Source of the DNA: Octopus sinensis
Lineage: Eukaryota
Reading direction: 5' to 3'
Assembly: GCF_006345805.1 (NCBI RefSeq)
Contig: NC_043003.1
Coordinates: 106,020,001-106,084,000 of the forward strand
Length of the DNA stretch: 64,000 nucleotides
Positions within the stretch are counted from its first letter, which is position 1, and every line of letters begins with the position of its first letter. Shown here piece by piece: positions 12,171 to 24,356 of this stretch. Made by a program: the position numbers and the translations under genes. The notes beneath the pieces are model-generated. The model made no database searches. It had not been told where the DNA came from and saw only the letters and a list, made by a program, of their open reading frames with translations.

Positions 12171-13424
12171 AGATCTGGTCGATCAGAGTCGATTTGGGGC
12201 AAAACAATAGGTTGCGCGAGTGGCATGTTCACGTAAGCGTAGAAATGGACATGGTCTGACGACTAAATGAGGAAAATTAAAAAAGAACCTTCAACAGCAC
12301 GACAACAACATTTATAAGCTATTATTATCATTGAGTCTCTCGTGTAAAATAGGTAGGCATTCTATAACCTGTTACAGAGGCAATAAGTATGTATCGTTTG
12401 TTTCGGAAAAAAAGAAGGAAGTTGCTAATTTTAGTTAAAGCCTGGTTACTAAGGCAACAAAGCATTTTGTTGTGCATGGTTGATTAATTTTTGCGTAATA
12501 TGTCTACATGTTACTAAACATGTTATACTGCAACTAAGGCAAAACGATATTTTTTGAAGACTGTTTGCTTGACTGCAACGGTAACCACCAACTTCGTAAT
12601 TAAGATAGAAATTTCATCGCTGGTTTCCTGTGTTACTACAAAACGTAGTTGCTTCAACAATCACCTCAATTATTATATATAGCAAAACACTAGTATTTCT
12701 GTCTCCGATAGCAGACACTGGCCTTCAGAATGACCGAATATATTCTAGTTCTACTTGGAAAATTGATTTTGCTGCATTGGACATAAACGGATTGATCCTT
12801 CCAATGTTTTTTTTTGTTCCCTTTTCAATGACTAATTGTATCAAAGTTTTATTCACGGCAGCGAAAACTTTCTGTGATAACAGATTGTGTTTGACGCAGC
12901 CTTACACAGCAGATCCAAAAGTGTTCCCACATAAAAACATTGCCCTCGGTGGACTTTCTCCTTGCTCACAACCTCGCTAGGCTCCTAGCATGTAATCGTA
13001 TTTAGTTGTCAAGTAAATTCGTTCGTTTCCCTACGTTCTACTTCACACTCCATTCTCATACGTCTGGAATGAGGTAAAAGTTAAAACAATAAACAAAAAG
13101 TGTAGCGGAAGAATAGAGCTACAAAAAATCTAAAAAAAAAATACGATAAAAATATTTTTTGAGTTAATATAAATAACATTACGGAGATGTACTTGCATAG
13201 CAAGTGACCTGATCTGAGATCGTGTGCTGGAACGAAAACAATTACAGCGTGGAAGGTGTTTATAAGCCATTTAAGAACACACAAAAACTGTTAGATTCAC
13301 TTCAACATATAAATTTAATTTGTCAAAATATTTTCGGCGCTTTGAGACCGCGACCTGTTCACTGACAAAATTCCGTGCGGCGTCTAAATAACATTGGAAA
13401 ATATTAAAAGAAAGGAAGAGAGAG

Positions 13425-13508
13425 TGAGAGAGAGTGTGAGAGAGAGTGAGAGAGAGAGGGAGAGAGAGGGAGAGAGAGAGAGAAAGAAAGAAAGAGAGAG
13501 AGAGAGAG

Positions 13509-13545
<37 letters not shown>

Positions 13546-13550
13546 AAGAA
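13425..13550. repeat. (GA)n microsatellite
   Basis: Direct reading. Confidence 0.95.
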
Positions 13551-13629
13551 AGAAAAAACGAACTAATTTATCTGACAACCAGTAGAATAATTTCACGACT
13601 TGATGCTATTACTCTTTTTACTCTTTTAC

Positions 13630-13829
13630 TCTTGTACTTGTTTCAGTCATTTGACTGCGGCCATGCTGGAGCATCGCCTTTAGTCGAGCAAATCGACCCC
13701 GGGATTTATTCTTTGTAAGTCCAGTACTTATTCTATCGGTCTCTTTTGCCGATCCGCTAAGTGACGGGGACATAAACACACCAGCATCGGTTGTCAAGCA
13801 ATGCTAGGGGGACAAACACAGACACACAA

Positions 13830-13860
<31 letters not shown>

Positions 13861-14035
13861 CATATATACGACAGGCTTCTTTCAGTTTCCGTCTACCAAA
13901 TCCACTCACAAGGCATTGGTCGGCCCAGGGCTATAGCAGAAGACACTTGCCCAAGATGCCACGCAGTGGGACTGAACCCGCAACCATGTGGTTGGTTAGC
14001 AAGCTACTTACCACACAGCCACTACGTAAAACCGT
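13630..14035 (-). mobile_element. SINE family B (internal TA/TG microsatellite)
   Basis: Head aggagtggctgtgtggt, core gtggatttggtagacggaaactgaaagaag, tail gactgaaacaagtaaaagag. Confidence 0.9.
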
Positions 14036-14673
14036 TGTGATCCTGGATGGCTTGGTTGAACTGGTCAATAAAAATATATTTCTTTGGCTGCGCGAATAAT
14101 AACTGAAGCAAATCCATGAACATTTAAGTGAAATGTTTATTGCCAGACACAAACATATTTGGTGTTGTGCTATTTGCAATGAAGAATATAAATGATTGCC
14201 AACTGGAAGACATAAAAACCGTGCCGCGTCCGTGGACGTTAGTTATGAAGCATTATATGAATGTTTTACAGTGAATCTGTCTGAGAACCTGGAGCTGCCT
14301 GTGCAAATATGCAGAACTGTCTCCTTGGCAAGAGTAGGAGGCACAGGTCAGTAAGCCACCTTCAACACTCTGCGATCAATTGAGCGCAAAGAAGCGATTT
14401 TTATAGGGGACAAGAAGTCAAATTCCAGAACATTCGAGAAAACCACAACCTCGCATTGATTGGTCGATTTATAGATCGAGCATGGTTAACACGTGGTGTC
14501 TGATCGAGTATCCAGCGGTTACATTTCGAATCACCGCTACAGTATATAAATCGTTGACCACTGGGAATTTATACAAAATTTTATATGTTGCAAAATGGTC
14601 CGGAACGAAACGTGCGTCAATGAAAACAATACTACGTTTTTTTTTTTTGAAATTTAACTTAAATTTGACTTAC

Positions 14674-14751
14674 CTGATTTTTTGTAAACATTGAAGCCGG
14701 AAAAATTAGCTTTTAAACCTTGTGAGTTATTCAAATAGATGTTATAAGTAC
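14674..14751 (-). CDS. Exon F; GTYNIYLNNSQGLKANFSGFNVYKKS
   Basis: Acceptor tttttgctAG, donor CAG|GTAAGT; 78 bp, phase 1-1. Confidence 0.82.
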
Positions 14752-15563
14752 CTAGCAAAAATATAATGTCCTTCGTTATTTATGTCAATGAAATATTTCA
14801 CAGATAATTTTGAAGAGATTTTTATTTTAAGTTTTTTTTTTTCTGCCTTAGTTGTAATACCATTTAGATTTATTGAAGAGAATGATGATCTTGTGAGAAA
14901 AGTTTTCAAAATGCTCGTATGTGGAAAGCTTCTTAACTTTTCCTATCATACTTGGATTTTAATTTATAAGGGGTATAAACATTTTAAGAATACAGCGAAG
15001 AAAGAGGCTGGAGAGAAATATGAGGAATTAGATGTGGATGAGAGAGATGAAGAGGACTTAATAAACTTTGAATACCAAACATGTCTGCTACCCAATACCA
15101 AACACGTCCTTGCGTAAAACATCTTTTCAATGTACAATTGACATGTTTCACACCAAAAGTTTTACTTTCGTTCTCGTTTCGACAACAGACGCATCAACGC
15201 TTTCGTCTGTAGCAAATATTGTCTTTGTGCTAATTTTATTAACCTTATTCCACTTTCAGAGAACAATGCAACTGATAAGTTCATTTACGTGTTTTTGCCG
15301 TACATGCTGATATTGTTGTTGTTGTTGTTGATGTTGTTGCATGTGGAACCCAAATGAACCTTCCCGTTCTGTTCTGCTGAGGTGAACATAAGTCCTATGA
15401 CTTCATCGTCTTCTTGATTTTTCTATCTCAGATGGATGGAAGCGAAAGTGAAAGTTGACATCAGTATAACAGAACACAAAATGTAAAAGTTTTCGTAAGC
15501 AGATAGCAGAAGACATTTAAAGTTTCTGCTACGATAGAAGAATATAAAGTGACAAATTCTTAC

Positions 15564-15684
15564 CTTTGGTTAGGTTTACAACCGCACTAATATGGCTTGA
15601 ATTTACAAGGGTATACGGAATATTTCCATTTATGTCTAGAACCACTAGATCGTCTTTAGGTCCGGCCACATTAATATACAGTGT
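15564..15684 (-). CDS. Exon E; TLYINVAGPKDDLVVLDINGNIPYTLVNSSHISAVVNLTK
   Basis: Acceptor tgttttcaAG, donor AAG|GTAAGA; 121 bp, phase 0-1. Confidence 0.85.
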
Positions 15685-15794
15685 CTTGAAAACAAAAACA
15701 ATCATAAACGTACATATGTTAATAACCAGCATTGGAGATGTTGTCTTAATAAACATTTTATATACATCCGCATACTCTTAGCTTTCAGCTTCTC

Positions 15795-15985
15795 ATACAT
15801 ACATACATACATACATACATACATACATACATACATACATACATACGTACATACGTACGTACATATATACATGCATGCATACATACATACGTGCATACAT
15901 ACATACATACATACATACATACATACATACATACATGCATACAAACATATATACAAACATGCATACATACATATATACATACATG

Positions 15986-16059
<74 letters not shown>

Positions 16060-16081
16060 GAGAGAGAGAGAGAGAGGGGGG

Positions 16082-16134
<53 letters not shown>
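15795..16134. repeat. Compound (CATA)n-(TA)n-(GA)n-(GATA)n microsatellite
   Basis: Direct reading. Confidence 0.95.
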
Positions 16135-16135
<1 letters not shown>

Positions 16136-16765
16136 GGCGGCGAGCTGGCAGAAACGTTAACACGCCGGGCGAAATGCGTAGCCGTATTTCGTCTGCCGTT
16201 ACGTTCTGAGTTCAAATTCCGCCGAGGTCGACTTTGCCTTTCATCCTTTCGGGGTCGATGAATTAAATACCAGTTACGCACTGGGGTCGATGTAATCGAC
16301 TTAATCCGTTTATCTGTCCTTGTTTGTCCTCTCTGTGTTTAGCCCCTTGTGGGTAGTAAAGAAATAGGTATTTACTCTGCCGTTACGTTCTGAGTTCAAA
16401 TTCCGCTGAGGTCGACTTTGCCTTTCATTCTTTCGCGGTCGATTAAATAAATACCAGTAACGCACTGGACTCGATGTAATCGACTTAATCCGTTTGTCTG
16501 TCTTGTTTGTCCCCTCTATGTTTAGTCCCCAGTAAGTAATAAAAATATATATATTAGGCGAGCTGGCAAAAACGTTAGCGCGCCGGGCGAAATGCTTAGT
16601 GGTATTTCGCCTGTCTTTTACGCTCTGAGCTCAAATTCTGCCGAGGTCGACTTTACCATTCATCTTTTCAGGGTTGATAAATTAAGTACCAGTTGCGTAC
16701 TGGGGTCGATTTAACCGACTGGCCCCCTCCCCAAAAATTTCGGGCCTTGTGCCCAGAGTAGAAAA

Positions 16766-16770
<5 letters not shown>
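16136..16770 (+). mobile_element. SINE A dimer plus adjacent monomer with alternative tail
   Basis: Head at 16136, second unit joined at aaata|ggtatt; new head at 16557 ends ggccttgtgcccagagtagaaaag. Confidence 0.9.
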
Positions 16771-16810
<40 letters not shown>

Positions 16811-17749
16811 TAACAAGAATTATGGTTTTTATTATAACAGTGTCTGTGTGTGTGGATATGTAGGTGAACAAAGGAAAGAAGCTAACACTGAACACATGTA
16901 TTTGGAGTTGTAAGACTCTAAGAACAAGTTCCCTCAGCCTCATCAACTACCCCATGTTAGTGAAGATCATTCCACCCTTTCAACGACAGTATTTACATTA
17001 TTATATTCACATTTATTCGAATTATTATTGATTAATAATCCTCTCTGATTTTGTATTGAACCGTTGCCTTTTATTTCACGGTTTATAGAAAAAGTAAATT
17101 TTAACCATTGACTAGAGACGTTTTTGTGGGTGCCTTCGATTTTATTTTTATTTTCTTTCGTTCCTTTTCTGATTCTATGCCCTATACCTTTCTTTCTCTG
17201 TCTTGTTGATGACATGCGAGGCCAAAGTGTAGGATAAACTAGCAAGCTCTCTGACAAAACTGCCTTACGATGATCCTACCAATATCTGTGAACGTTACTT
17301 TAGGGTTTGTCTTTTTTCTCGTTAAACTTTTTAATTTTCAAACTATTCCTCTTTACACCAGTCTTTTCGTATTTTTGGAAGCATTCTACGGTATGTTCCA
17401 TCCTAAACAAGAGTAAGCTTTCTGACCCGCCAACTGCCTTACCATTGCTCTCGCCTTAAAAAGTTGTTAATAATGTCTTTTTCCAACTCTTGAATACTTC
17501 TTCACCCTTACAGCTTCCCTGGGGGTCAGATCTATTGGGAACTTGTTCCTATGTGATCAGTGTCCTTTCAGAAAGTTAGCAAAGACAATGTCAATGTACT
17601 TGACACCGTCAAATTTTGTCGGCGTTTCCGACACGGAAATCTCCAGGTTAAAATACCCAATTATGGACTCCATCTGACTCACGATTCTTAAGTCGGAAGT
17701 TTCTAGTCAGATCACAATCTGCAGAGATGGAACTCTCTACATCAAGTCC

Positions 17750-18400
17750 GATATGAGCCTTGCTCTTTCTTCTCTACATTAGCAAACTACTGGGCTGTCA
17801 TACTTAGCAATGCTACCTCGTCTTCAGATGATATCACTCTTCGATTTTCTTCTTAATCTTCGGCTCACAACTATTATTCACTTGCAGCTCAGACACTACA
17901 TAACAAATCCCCGGACTCTTGTAAAGTGAACGGAGACTAGAAAATATCCTTCAATTGATGAATGATAATCTTGTCTCCCTCAACAGACACTGACAGAGAT
18001 TGTCTCTATCCCGGAAACAAACTTCTACCTCAGCCTCTTTACTCTTCAACAACATGCAGTTACAACCTTTAAATTCCCTTCATCTGCTTGGCCTCATACA
18101 AGTCATTGTACTTCTGGTGATCTCACGTTCACAAGATAGTAAAACCAAATCAAGCGCACCAAAGTCTATTGTTCTTCAGAGACAGAAACACTTCAGCGAC
18201 AACAACTTATTTTCTCTTTTCGAAGCGGAAGTGAATCCCCCAAGGCAATAATTTTGCTGTTTCTGCTGTATCCTTCAAATGCATTTTCGGTCACCATCAA
18301 ACTAAGACAATCTCATAAGTTGGCAAGGGCTTACCCACCAATTCACTCCAACACTACACTCACATAGCCGTTGGTGATCACTGATTTCTAACGTCTTTAC
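17750..18400 (+). mobile_element. Degenerate CR1/Jockey-like LINE RT C-terminal remnant
   Basis: DNLVSLN...LSLSRK...LQPLNSLHLLGL...LFEAEV.P pattern with many lesions. Confidence 0.45.
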
Positions 18401-18869
18401 AACACACTCTGTTACTTAAGGTTGAATGGCAGCATACCACATCAAGAACGGTGGTAGTGCGTGGCCCCCTTGGTGGGTGTTGCACTCACGATCACAATAT
18501 CGTGGTTTCAATTCCCAGATCGGACGGTGCGTTGCGTTTGTTCCTGAGCGACCGTGCACTTCACTTAAACATTTATTTCTAATATGGAGTCAAAATTATA
18601 GTCAATATAGAACTGTGACCTGTTCCCTGACAATAAAGTGAACAGGTTGCAGTTTCGAGCGACGAAAATTTTGAACCATTTTCACAAATAAATGTTTAAG
18701 TGAAGTTAATGGCCTTTGTGTGTTTCTGAATGGCTAACAATGTCTTCCACGCTGCAATTGCTCTAGTTTCAATACATCATCCAAGGCCAAAACATTTGCT
18801 ATGCAAGCAACTCCATAATACATGCCGCACGCACACACACACATACGTGCGCGAGCACTCGCACACACA

Positions 18870-19300
18870 TGAACAACAAAAATTCTTCTTCATTCCTACA
18901 ATTCGATATAAATAATTATTACTATTCATCTATTTCTCCCAAGCCTACAAATGAAGCCCCTCTTCTAGCTTGGAACCTAACTAACTTAACCCCACTAGAA
19001 ATTAACATAATTCTTAATGCTCGTAAAACCCTCATTTCTTTTGAAGACAAACTTTGGTGCCGGGCTAATCACTATAATAATAACAATAACTAAAGCAAAT
19101 TCTTTGACATTACTATGAGATCATCCGACTCTGCCTAGGTCACCGACCTCGTTGGACTCAACCTACTCCATCCGCTCCGAATACACTTCCGTAGCATCAA
19201 GAAAGGTCTATACAGAGATGACGCTTTGCTAGTCACCAAGGGCGTTAGTAGGTCCGCTTTAGAACGAATTAGGAAAGATCTACACAAAGTTTCTCTAATC
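18870..19300 (+). mobile_element. Penelope-like element reverse transcriptase fragment (degenerate)
   Basis: FLQFDINNYYYSSIS, IILNARKTL, FDITM..SDSA.VTDLVGL, GLYRDDALL, ERIRKDLHKV match PLE RT motifs (FDI..FYPSI, FDVTMGSFDGAE..ELVGL, GLYRDD). Confidence 0.8.
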
Positions 19301-19323
19301 TCACCTTGGACAAGTGTCTTTTA

Positions 19324-20252
19324 GGATCTATTCCATCTCAATCACAGATTTTTTAATTAATTTTTTTTTAACTAAACAGTTTGAAACTTCGAATACTGGT
19401 AGAATTTCTTACGTAGAACACGCTTTACTCTGAACGTTTTTGACCAATTTTCGTATTTCAGATGTTATTTCGTGTTAAATTTGTCGTATTTGGGTAATTT
19501 CAACCAATCAACGACGTGTATTCAGTTGAAGAAAGCTACTGCTGTTTGTGATAGCAATCGAAGAGGAACAACTTCCGGGTCATCCCCACTAAATGTCACC
19601 ATTCTGTTCTATTCGTATGTCGAACGAAGACGATGCCACCTTTATCCTTTCTTCTTTTCTAGTCAGCACCATGCATTCCTTGCTCTTTCCTCCCGTCTAC
19701 ACTATCAACTAGCAACCTAGCAAGCAAACTTGTCACTGCCACTACAATTACCGTGTTTTCCGGTGTTTAAGCCGCTATTTGTTTTGTTTTACCTTCATGT
19801 TTTGATAATGTAACTTTTTTTTAATCTAATAAAGACTTTTATATTGACGAAATATGTCTGATGTTGATTATAGTAAGATAAAATCATTACAATAACAATA
19901 CATCTCATACTGTAAAATAAGGCATTTTGAGACTACATATACGTCAACAACAAAAAAAAAGCTAGCTGCGGACTCGCGGTGACAATTAGTACAGATGACC
20001 TGGATGTTGTTCCTCTTTGATTACTATCACAAGCAGCAGTAGCTTTTTTCAGCAGAATACACGTCGTTGATTGGTTGCAATTATCCAAATACGATAACTT
20101 TAAAACGAAATAACTTCTAAAATACGAAATTTGGTCAAAAACGTTCAGAGTAAAGCGTGTTCTACGTGAGAAATTCCACCAGTATTCAAAGTTTCAAACT
20201 GTTTAGTTAAAAAAATTAATTAAAAAATCTGTGATTGAGATGGAATAGATCC
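19324..20252. mobile_element. Non-autonomous TIR element (GGATCT ends, about 200-bp TIRs) inserted in a SINE B
   Basis: TIR ggatctattccatctcaatcacag...; 8-bp TSD gtctttta/gtcttcta; the SINE B sequence resumes after it. Confidence 0.85.
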
Positions 20253-20555
20253 GTCTTCTACTATAGCCTCGGGCCGACCAAAGCCTTGTGAGTGGATTTG
20301 GTAGACGGAAACTGAAAGAAGCCCGTCGTATATATATATGCGTGTTGTGTACGTGTGTGTGTGTTTGTCCCCTCTAACATCGTTTGACAACCGATGCTGG
20401 TGCGTTTACGTTCCTGTAATTTAGCGGTTCAGCAAAAGAGACCGATAGAATAAGTACTAGGCTTACAAAGAATAAGTCCTGGGGTCGATTTGTTCGACTA
20501 CAGGCAGTGCTCCAGCACGGCCGCAGTCAAATGATTGAAACAAGTAGAAGAATAT
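20253..20555 (+). mobile_element. SINE B, 3' part after the TIR-element insertion
   Basis: Continues ccttggacaagtgtctt (19305-19323). Confidence 0.85.
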
Positions 20556-20605
20556 CGCTAGCTACTAAACCGTTTCTATTTTCTCTTTCTGTTTATTTCT
20601 GTGTT

Positions 20606-20643
20606 CCTTTCTGTTGAAGAGCAGAGGCTCGAAGCATAAATGA
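20606..20643 (+). ncRNA. Degenerate copy of the A6U hammerhead-like motif
   Basis: CUUU-CUGUUGA-A-GAGC(AGAG)GCUC-GAAG-CAUA; GAAA mutated to GAAG. Confidence 0.5.
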
Positions 20644-20737
20644 TTTCTCAGTTCCCCAGAATCAAACTAATACATCTGTTTGTTGTTTACACACCCATCT
20701 TCGTCTTTTGTTTTTTGTTGTTTTTTTTGTAAATTCC

Positions 20738-20777
<40 letters not shown>

Positions 20778-20873
20778 TTCACTTCCCGAGCGTTAAACTA
20801 ACACTCTGTTTGTTGTCTACACCACCTGTCTTCGTCTTTTGTGAATTCTCTCTCTATCTCTATCTCTCTCGAT

Positions 20874-20904
<31 letters not shown>

Positions 20905-20905
20905 A

Positions 20906-20940
<35 letters not shown>

Positions 20941-21097
20941 TATATATATGTTGTTGTGTGTGTGTGTGTGTGTGTATCGAGAGAGATAGAGAGAGAAAGA
21001 GAGAGAATTCACAAAAGACGAAGACTAGGCCCAATGAAGAGCCCTCCACAGGAGCTAGCTTAAAAGCCGACCGATATATATACATATATATATATAT

Positions 21098-21129
<32 letters not shown>

Positions 21130-21387
21130 CTATCTGTGTCCTGTCTATGGCCAGCTGGAGGAGTGTGTCCTCCTGGGGCTAAAAACTACAGTAGCATCCA
21201 CCACCCTTAGGGGTAGCCATATTGAAATGGCAAATATACGTCACGATGTGTTACCGCTACTGTATATAACTCACTTTGATATTTATCATTGTTTGATTTC
21301 ACTTTTTCAATATCAGCGACCGTGGACGCTGGAAAAAGTATAAGTATTTGTGAGGGAAATCTAATTCTCGGCGACAACTATGATTGT

Positions 21388-21432
21388 CACACGCTGACGA
21401 GAGGTCAATACCTCGAAACTCGAGTCCGTGTG
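21388..21432 (+). ncRNA. Type I hammerhead ribozyme (minimal, palindromic stem III) in a PLE terminal repeat
   Basis: CACACG-CUGACGA-GAGGU(CAAU)ACCUC-GAAA-CUCGAG-UC^-CGUGUG: perfect 6-bp stem I, 5-bp stem II, intact core, GUC site. Confidence 0.9.
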
Positions 21433-21998
21433 TATCAAAAGTTGAAGACGGGAAGGATGACTTCCCTTTGCAAATACTGACAGGACACAGAAAGTGTGTC
21501 TATGGCCAGCTGGAGGAGTGTGTCCTCCTGGGGCTAAAAACTACAGTAGCATCCACCCTTAAGGGTAGCCATATTGAAATGGCAAATATACGTCACTATT
21601 ATATATATATATATAACTACACACACACACCACACACATACATACATACACACAACACACCACACACACATATATATATATATATACAACAACACACACA
21701 CACTACATACATATACACACACTATACATACATACATATACATATATATATATATATAATATATATATATATATATTATATATATAATATTATATGTATA
21801 TGTATGTATGTATGTGTGTGTATGTATGTATGTGTGTGTGGTGTGTGTATATATATATATATATATATAATATAATGGTGTGTGTGTGTGTATGTATGTA
21901 TGTGTGTGTGTGGGTGTGTATTTATATATATAATATATATAGTGACGTATATTTGCCATTTCAATATGGCTACCCCTAAGGGTGGATGCTAAGGGTGG

Positions 21999-22029
<31 letters not shown>

Positions 22030-22030
<1 letters not shown>

Positions 22031-22128
22031 TATTTCCATTCTACAAATTACACAGCCCAAGTGAAATCGAGAGAAAATCAGAGAAAGAATTTTATTGATA
22101 AATTCGAACCCAAGCTAAATAAGCAATA
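22030..22128 (+). mobile_element. PLE GIY-YIG endonuclease C-terminal remnant
   Basis: IFPFYKLHSPSEIERKSEKEF..DKFEPKLNKQ* (one frameshift), typical PLE ORF end. Confidence 0.65.
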
Positions 22129-22841
22129 ATAATAATACTTAGAGTATTACTTTACTTCCACTGCTACGACCATGACCACTAACAACAACCAATACTAAAG
22201 GTGATCAAGATGAAGATAGCAGGAAAATGATCTTATGTAGGGTCAAAATTCTATTGCCACCACATCACCACTAGCAACAATAATTAGGTGCTGACAATGA
22301 TGATGATGACAATTGAAATATAAAAATATAAAAATCTCTGACAAAGGATATTTACAACATTTCTAAAATAACTCAACATGCTGCTTCGGCCAGGGTCAAG
22401 ACAGGACTCTTGACATGTCCAACAAAGCCTGATGCCTAAACCAATCAGCTCAACCACCAATCAGCTTAAGTAATTGAGTGATACTACACACTGGTCAGAA
22501 TACAGTTTGCAAAACCTAGCACTCTGGAGCCTCTCCCAGCTGTATTTATAGCACCCGAATCAATCATCTTGCTACAGTCAAAAATTGTGAAGCATACTGT
22601 CAACACTACTACATGAACCCGAAGATTGCAGAATTCAATGCATAAGTACTAGTTCAATCAGAATGAATATTTACATTCTACTATTTCATTTTATTTTATT
22701 CAATTATAATATATTATCTTATAATATATCATTATAAGATTGTAAATAAAACGTGAAAATCAGACAAGGTTGGAATTCTTTTTATTAATATATTCTTCTA
22801 TACACATCACACACACCCATATTATATATAATATCTATCTA

Positions 22842-22890
<49 letters not shown>

Positions 22891-23519
22891 GCCGGCTTTT
22901 AAGCTACCTCCTGTGGAGGGCTCTTCTATTGGGCCTTGAGCCCCAATGACCTCTTCATGCATTGAATACATATTAAATTTTATTAAACTTCACCAATATT
23001 TTTCAAGCAATGAACAATTTTCCTTGAAACAATGATATAATTTGTCGACTTGGAACTTATTGCAAAGCTCCATAATAAACATCATTTTTTGTCTTCCCAT
23101 TCGGGGGTCAGTACACTCTTTCTGTCTAACCTCTCTCTCTCTCTCTCGCTCTTTCTGTTGGTTGTTTTACCTCTCACCATCACCAGTACCATCATCATCG
23201 CCACAACAACTACCATACACACACCATTCAGAATTTTGACGCCACCACCAACACCTTTAACTTCAATGCCTTCTCCTCTACCACCATCACCATTGTCTTT
23301 CATGTCCCTTACTATTACCGTCATGCTTGACCACCTCAGCTACAACCACCACCACCATCATCACCGTCACCTCCGCCTCTATCACAACTACAGCTCATAC
23401 TATTACTATCACCTCATTACCAGCCCAACTGTCAATCTACGACCACCTTCACCGTTTTTATGCCTACTAGTACTCTCGCCCCAGCAAAAGGAATAGTAGA
23501 AGTGTCATTGAATAGTGAG

Positions 23520-23828
23520 TTTTAAGTTTGTTCCTTCTCGAGCCATGCCTGGCTCATAAGGGCCGGTTTCCCAGTTTCCTTGGCGTATAGGTTCACCACC
23601 TGGACGGGGCACCGGTCCGTCGCAGGTGAGCTGCAAGATGCAGAAGGAAAGAGTGAGAGAAAGTTGTGGCGAAAGAGTCAGCAGAAGTTCGCCATTACCT
23701 TCTGCCGGAGCCATGTGGAGCTTAGGTGTTTTCGCTCATAAACATACACATCACCCGGTCTGAGATTCGAACCCACGATCCCTCGACCGCGAATCCGCTG
23801 CTCTAACCACTAGGCCATGTGCCTCCAC
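23520..23828 (-). mobile_element. SINE C variant with different 3' half
   Basis: tRNA-like head; TSD tgaatagtgag. Confidence 0.85.
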
Positions 23829-23889
23829 TGAATAGTGAGAGAGGAGGTCAAAGTCTGACACACAAATTCGTTTTGGCATTTATTATATA

Positions 23890-24115
23890 TATATATAATA
23901 TATATATTGGTAAAACGGTAAGATAACCAAAGAAAGAAAGAGACCTCAATATTATGTAAATATAGGAAATTTATCTATACAATAATATGTTACATTACTC
24001 GGTAGTCAAGATAAAACTCTTAGTTTCAGATGCCGAAGTGGGCATTCCCACTTCGGCATCTGAAACTCAGAGTTTTATCTGTGACTATCGAGTAATGTAA
24101 CATATTATTGTATAT
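23890..24115. mobile_element. PLE-type terminal fragment containing a 139-bp palindrome (23976-24114)
   Basis: Near-perfect inverted repeat with CATT loop, flanked by (TA)n. Confidence 0.55.
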
Positions 24116-24162
24116 ATATATATATATATACACACACACATATACATACATATGTATATGTG

Positions 24163-24197
<35 letters not shown>

Positions 24198-24253
24198 ATG
24201 TGTGTGTGTGTGTGTGTGTTTTATATGCTTTCACCCGGTGCGTTTTCACTCAC

Positions 24254-24356
24254 CTTTTCCACATATTCCGGAATTATCTTCGGTATCACTTCGATGATAC
24301 TAAAACAGCCTGAGCCGTTTCCGTTACACACTCCACACTGGTCTTTAAGCGACGTT
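24254..24356 (-). CDS. Exon D; TSLKDQCGVCNGNGSGCFSIIEVIPKIIPEYVEK
   Basis: Acceptor cattaaaAG, donor AAG|GTGAGT; 103 bp, phase 2-0, bridging exon C (ends phase 2) and exon E (starts phase 0). Confidence 0.88.

Larger units (their letters stand above)
20560..22940. mobile_element. Composite PLE terminal-repeat locus with direct and inverted segments
   Basis: Direct repeat 21146-21243 / 21500-21596; inverted copy 21940-22000; about 50-bp inverted pair 21027-21075 / 22888-22937; two hammerhead motifs. Confidence 0.7.

Noticed and set aside
12630-12980. 116-aa ORF and 14782-15117 ORF as genes
   Set aside because: No recognisable motif or splice context; probably decayed transposon sequence
15110-15300. 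piggyBac C-terminal Cys-rich remnant on the minus strand (KTFWCETCQLY)
   Set aside because: Needs several frameshifts and I found no TIR or TTAA; too weak to call
15702-16281. Long ORFs rich in YI, VC, HT, MYVC or RE repeats (also 8460-9025, 21384-21979, 61532-62131)
   Set aside because: Translations of microsatellites
21289-21480. 63-aa plus-strand ORF as a nested exon
   Set aside because: Lies in the PLE terminal repeat and overlaps the hammerhead; no partner exons found
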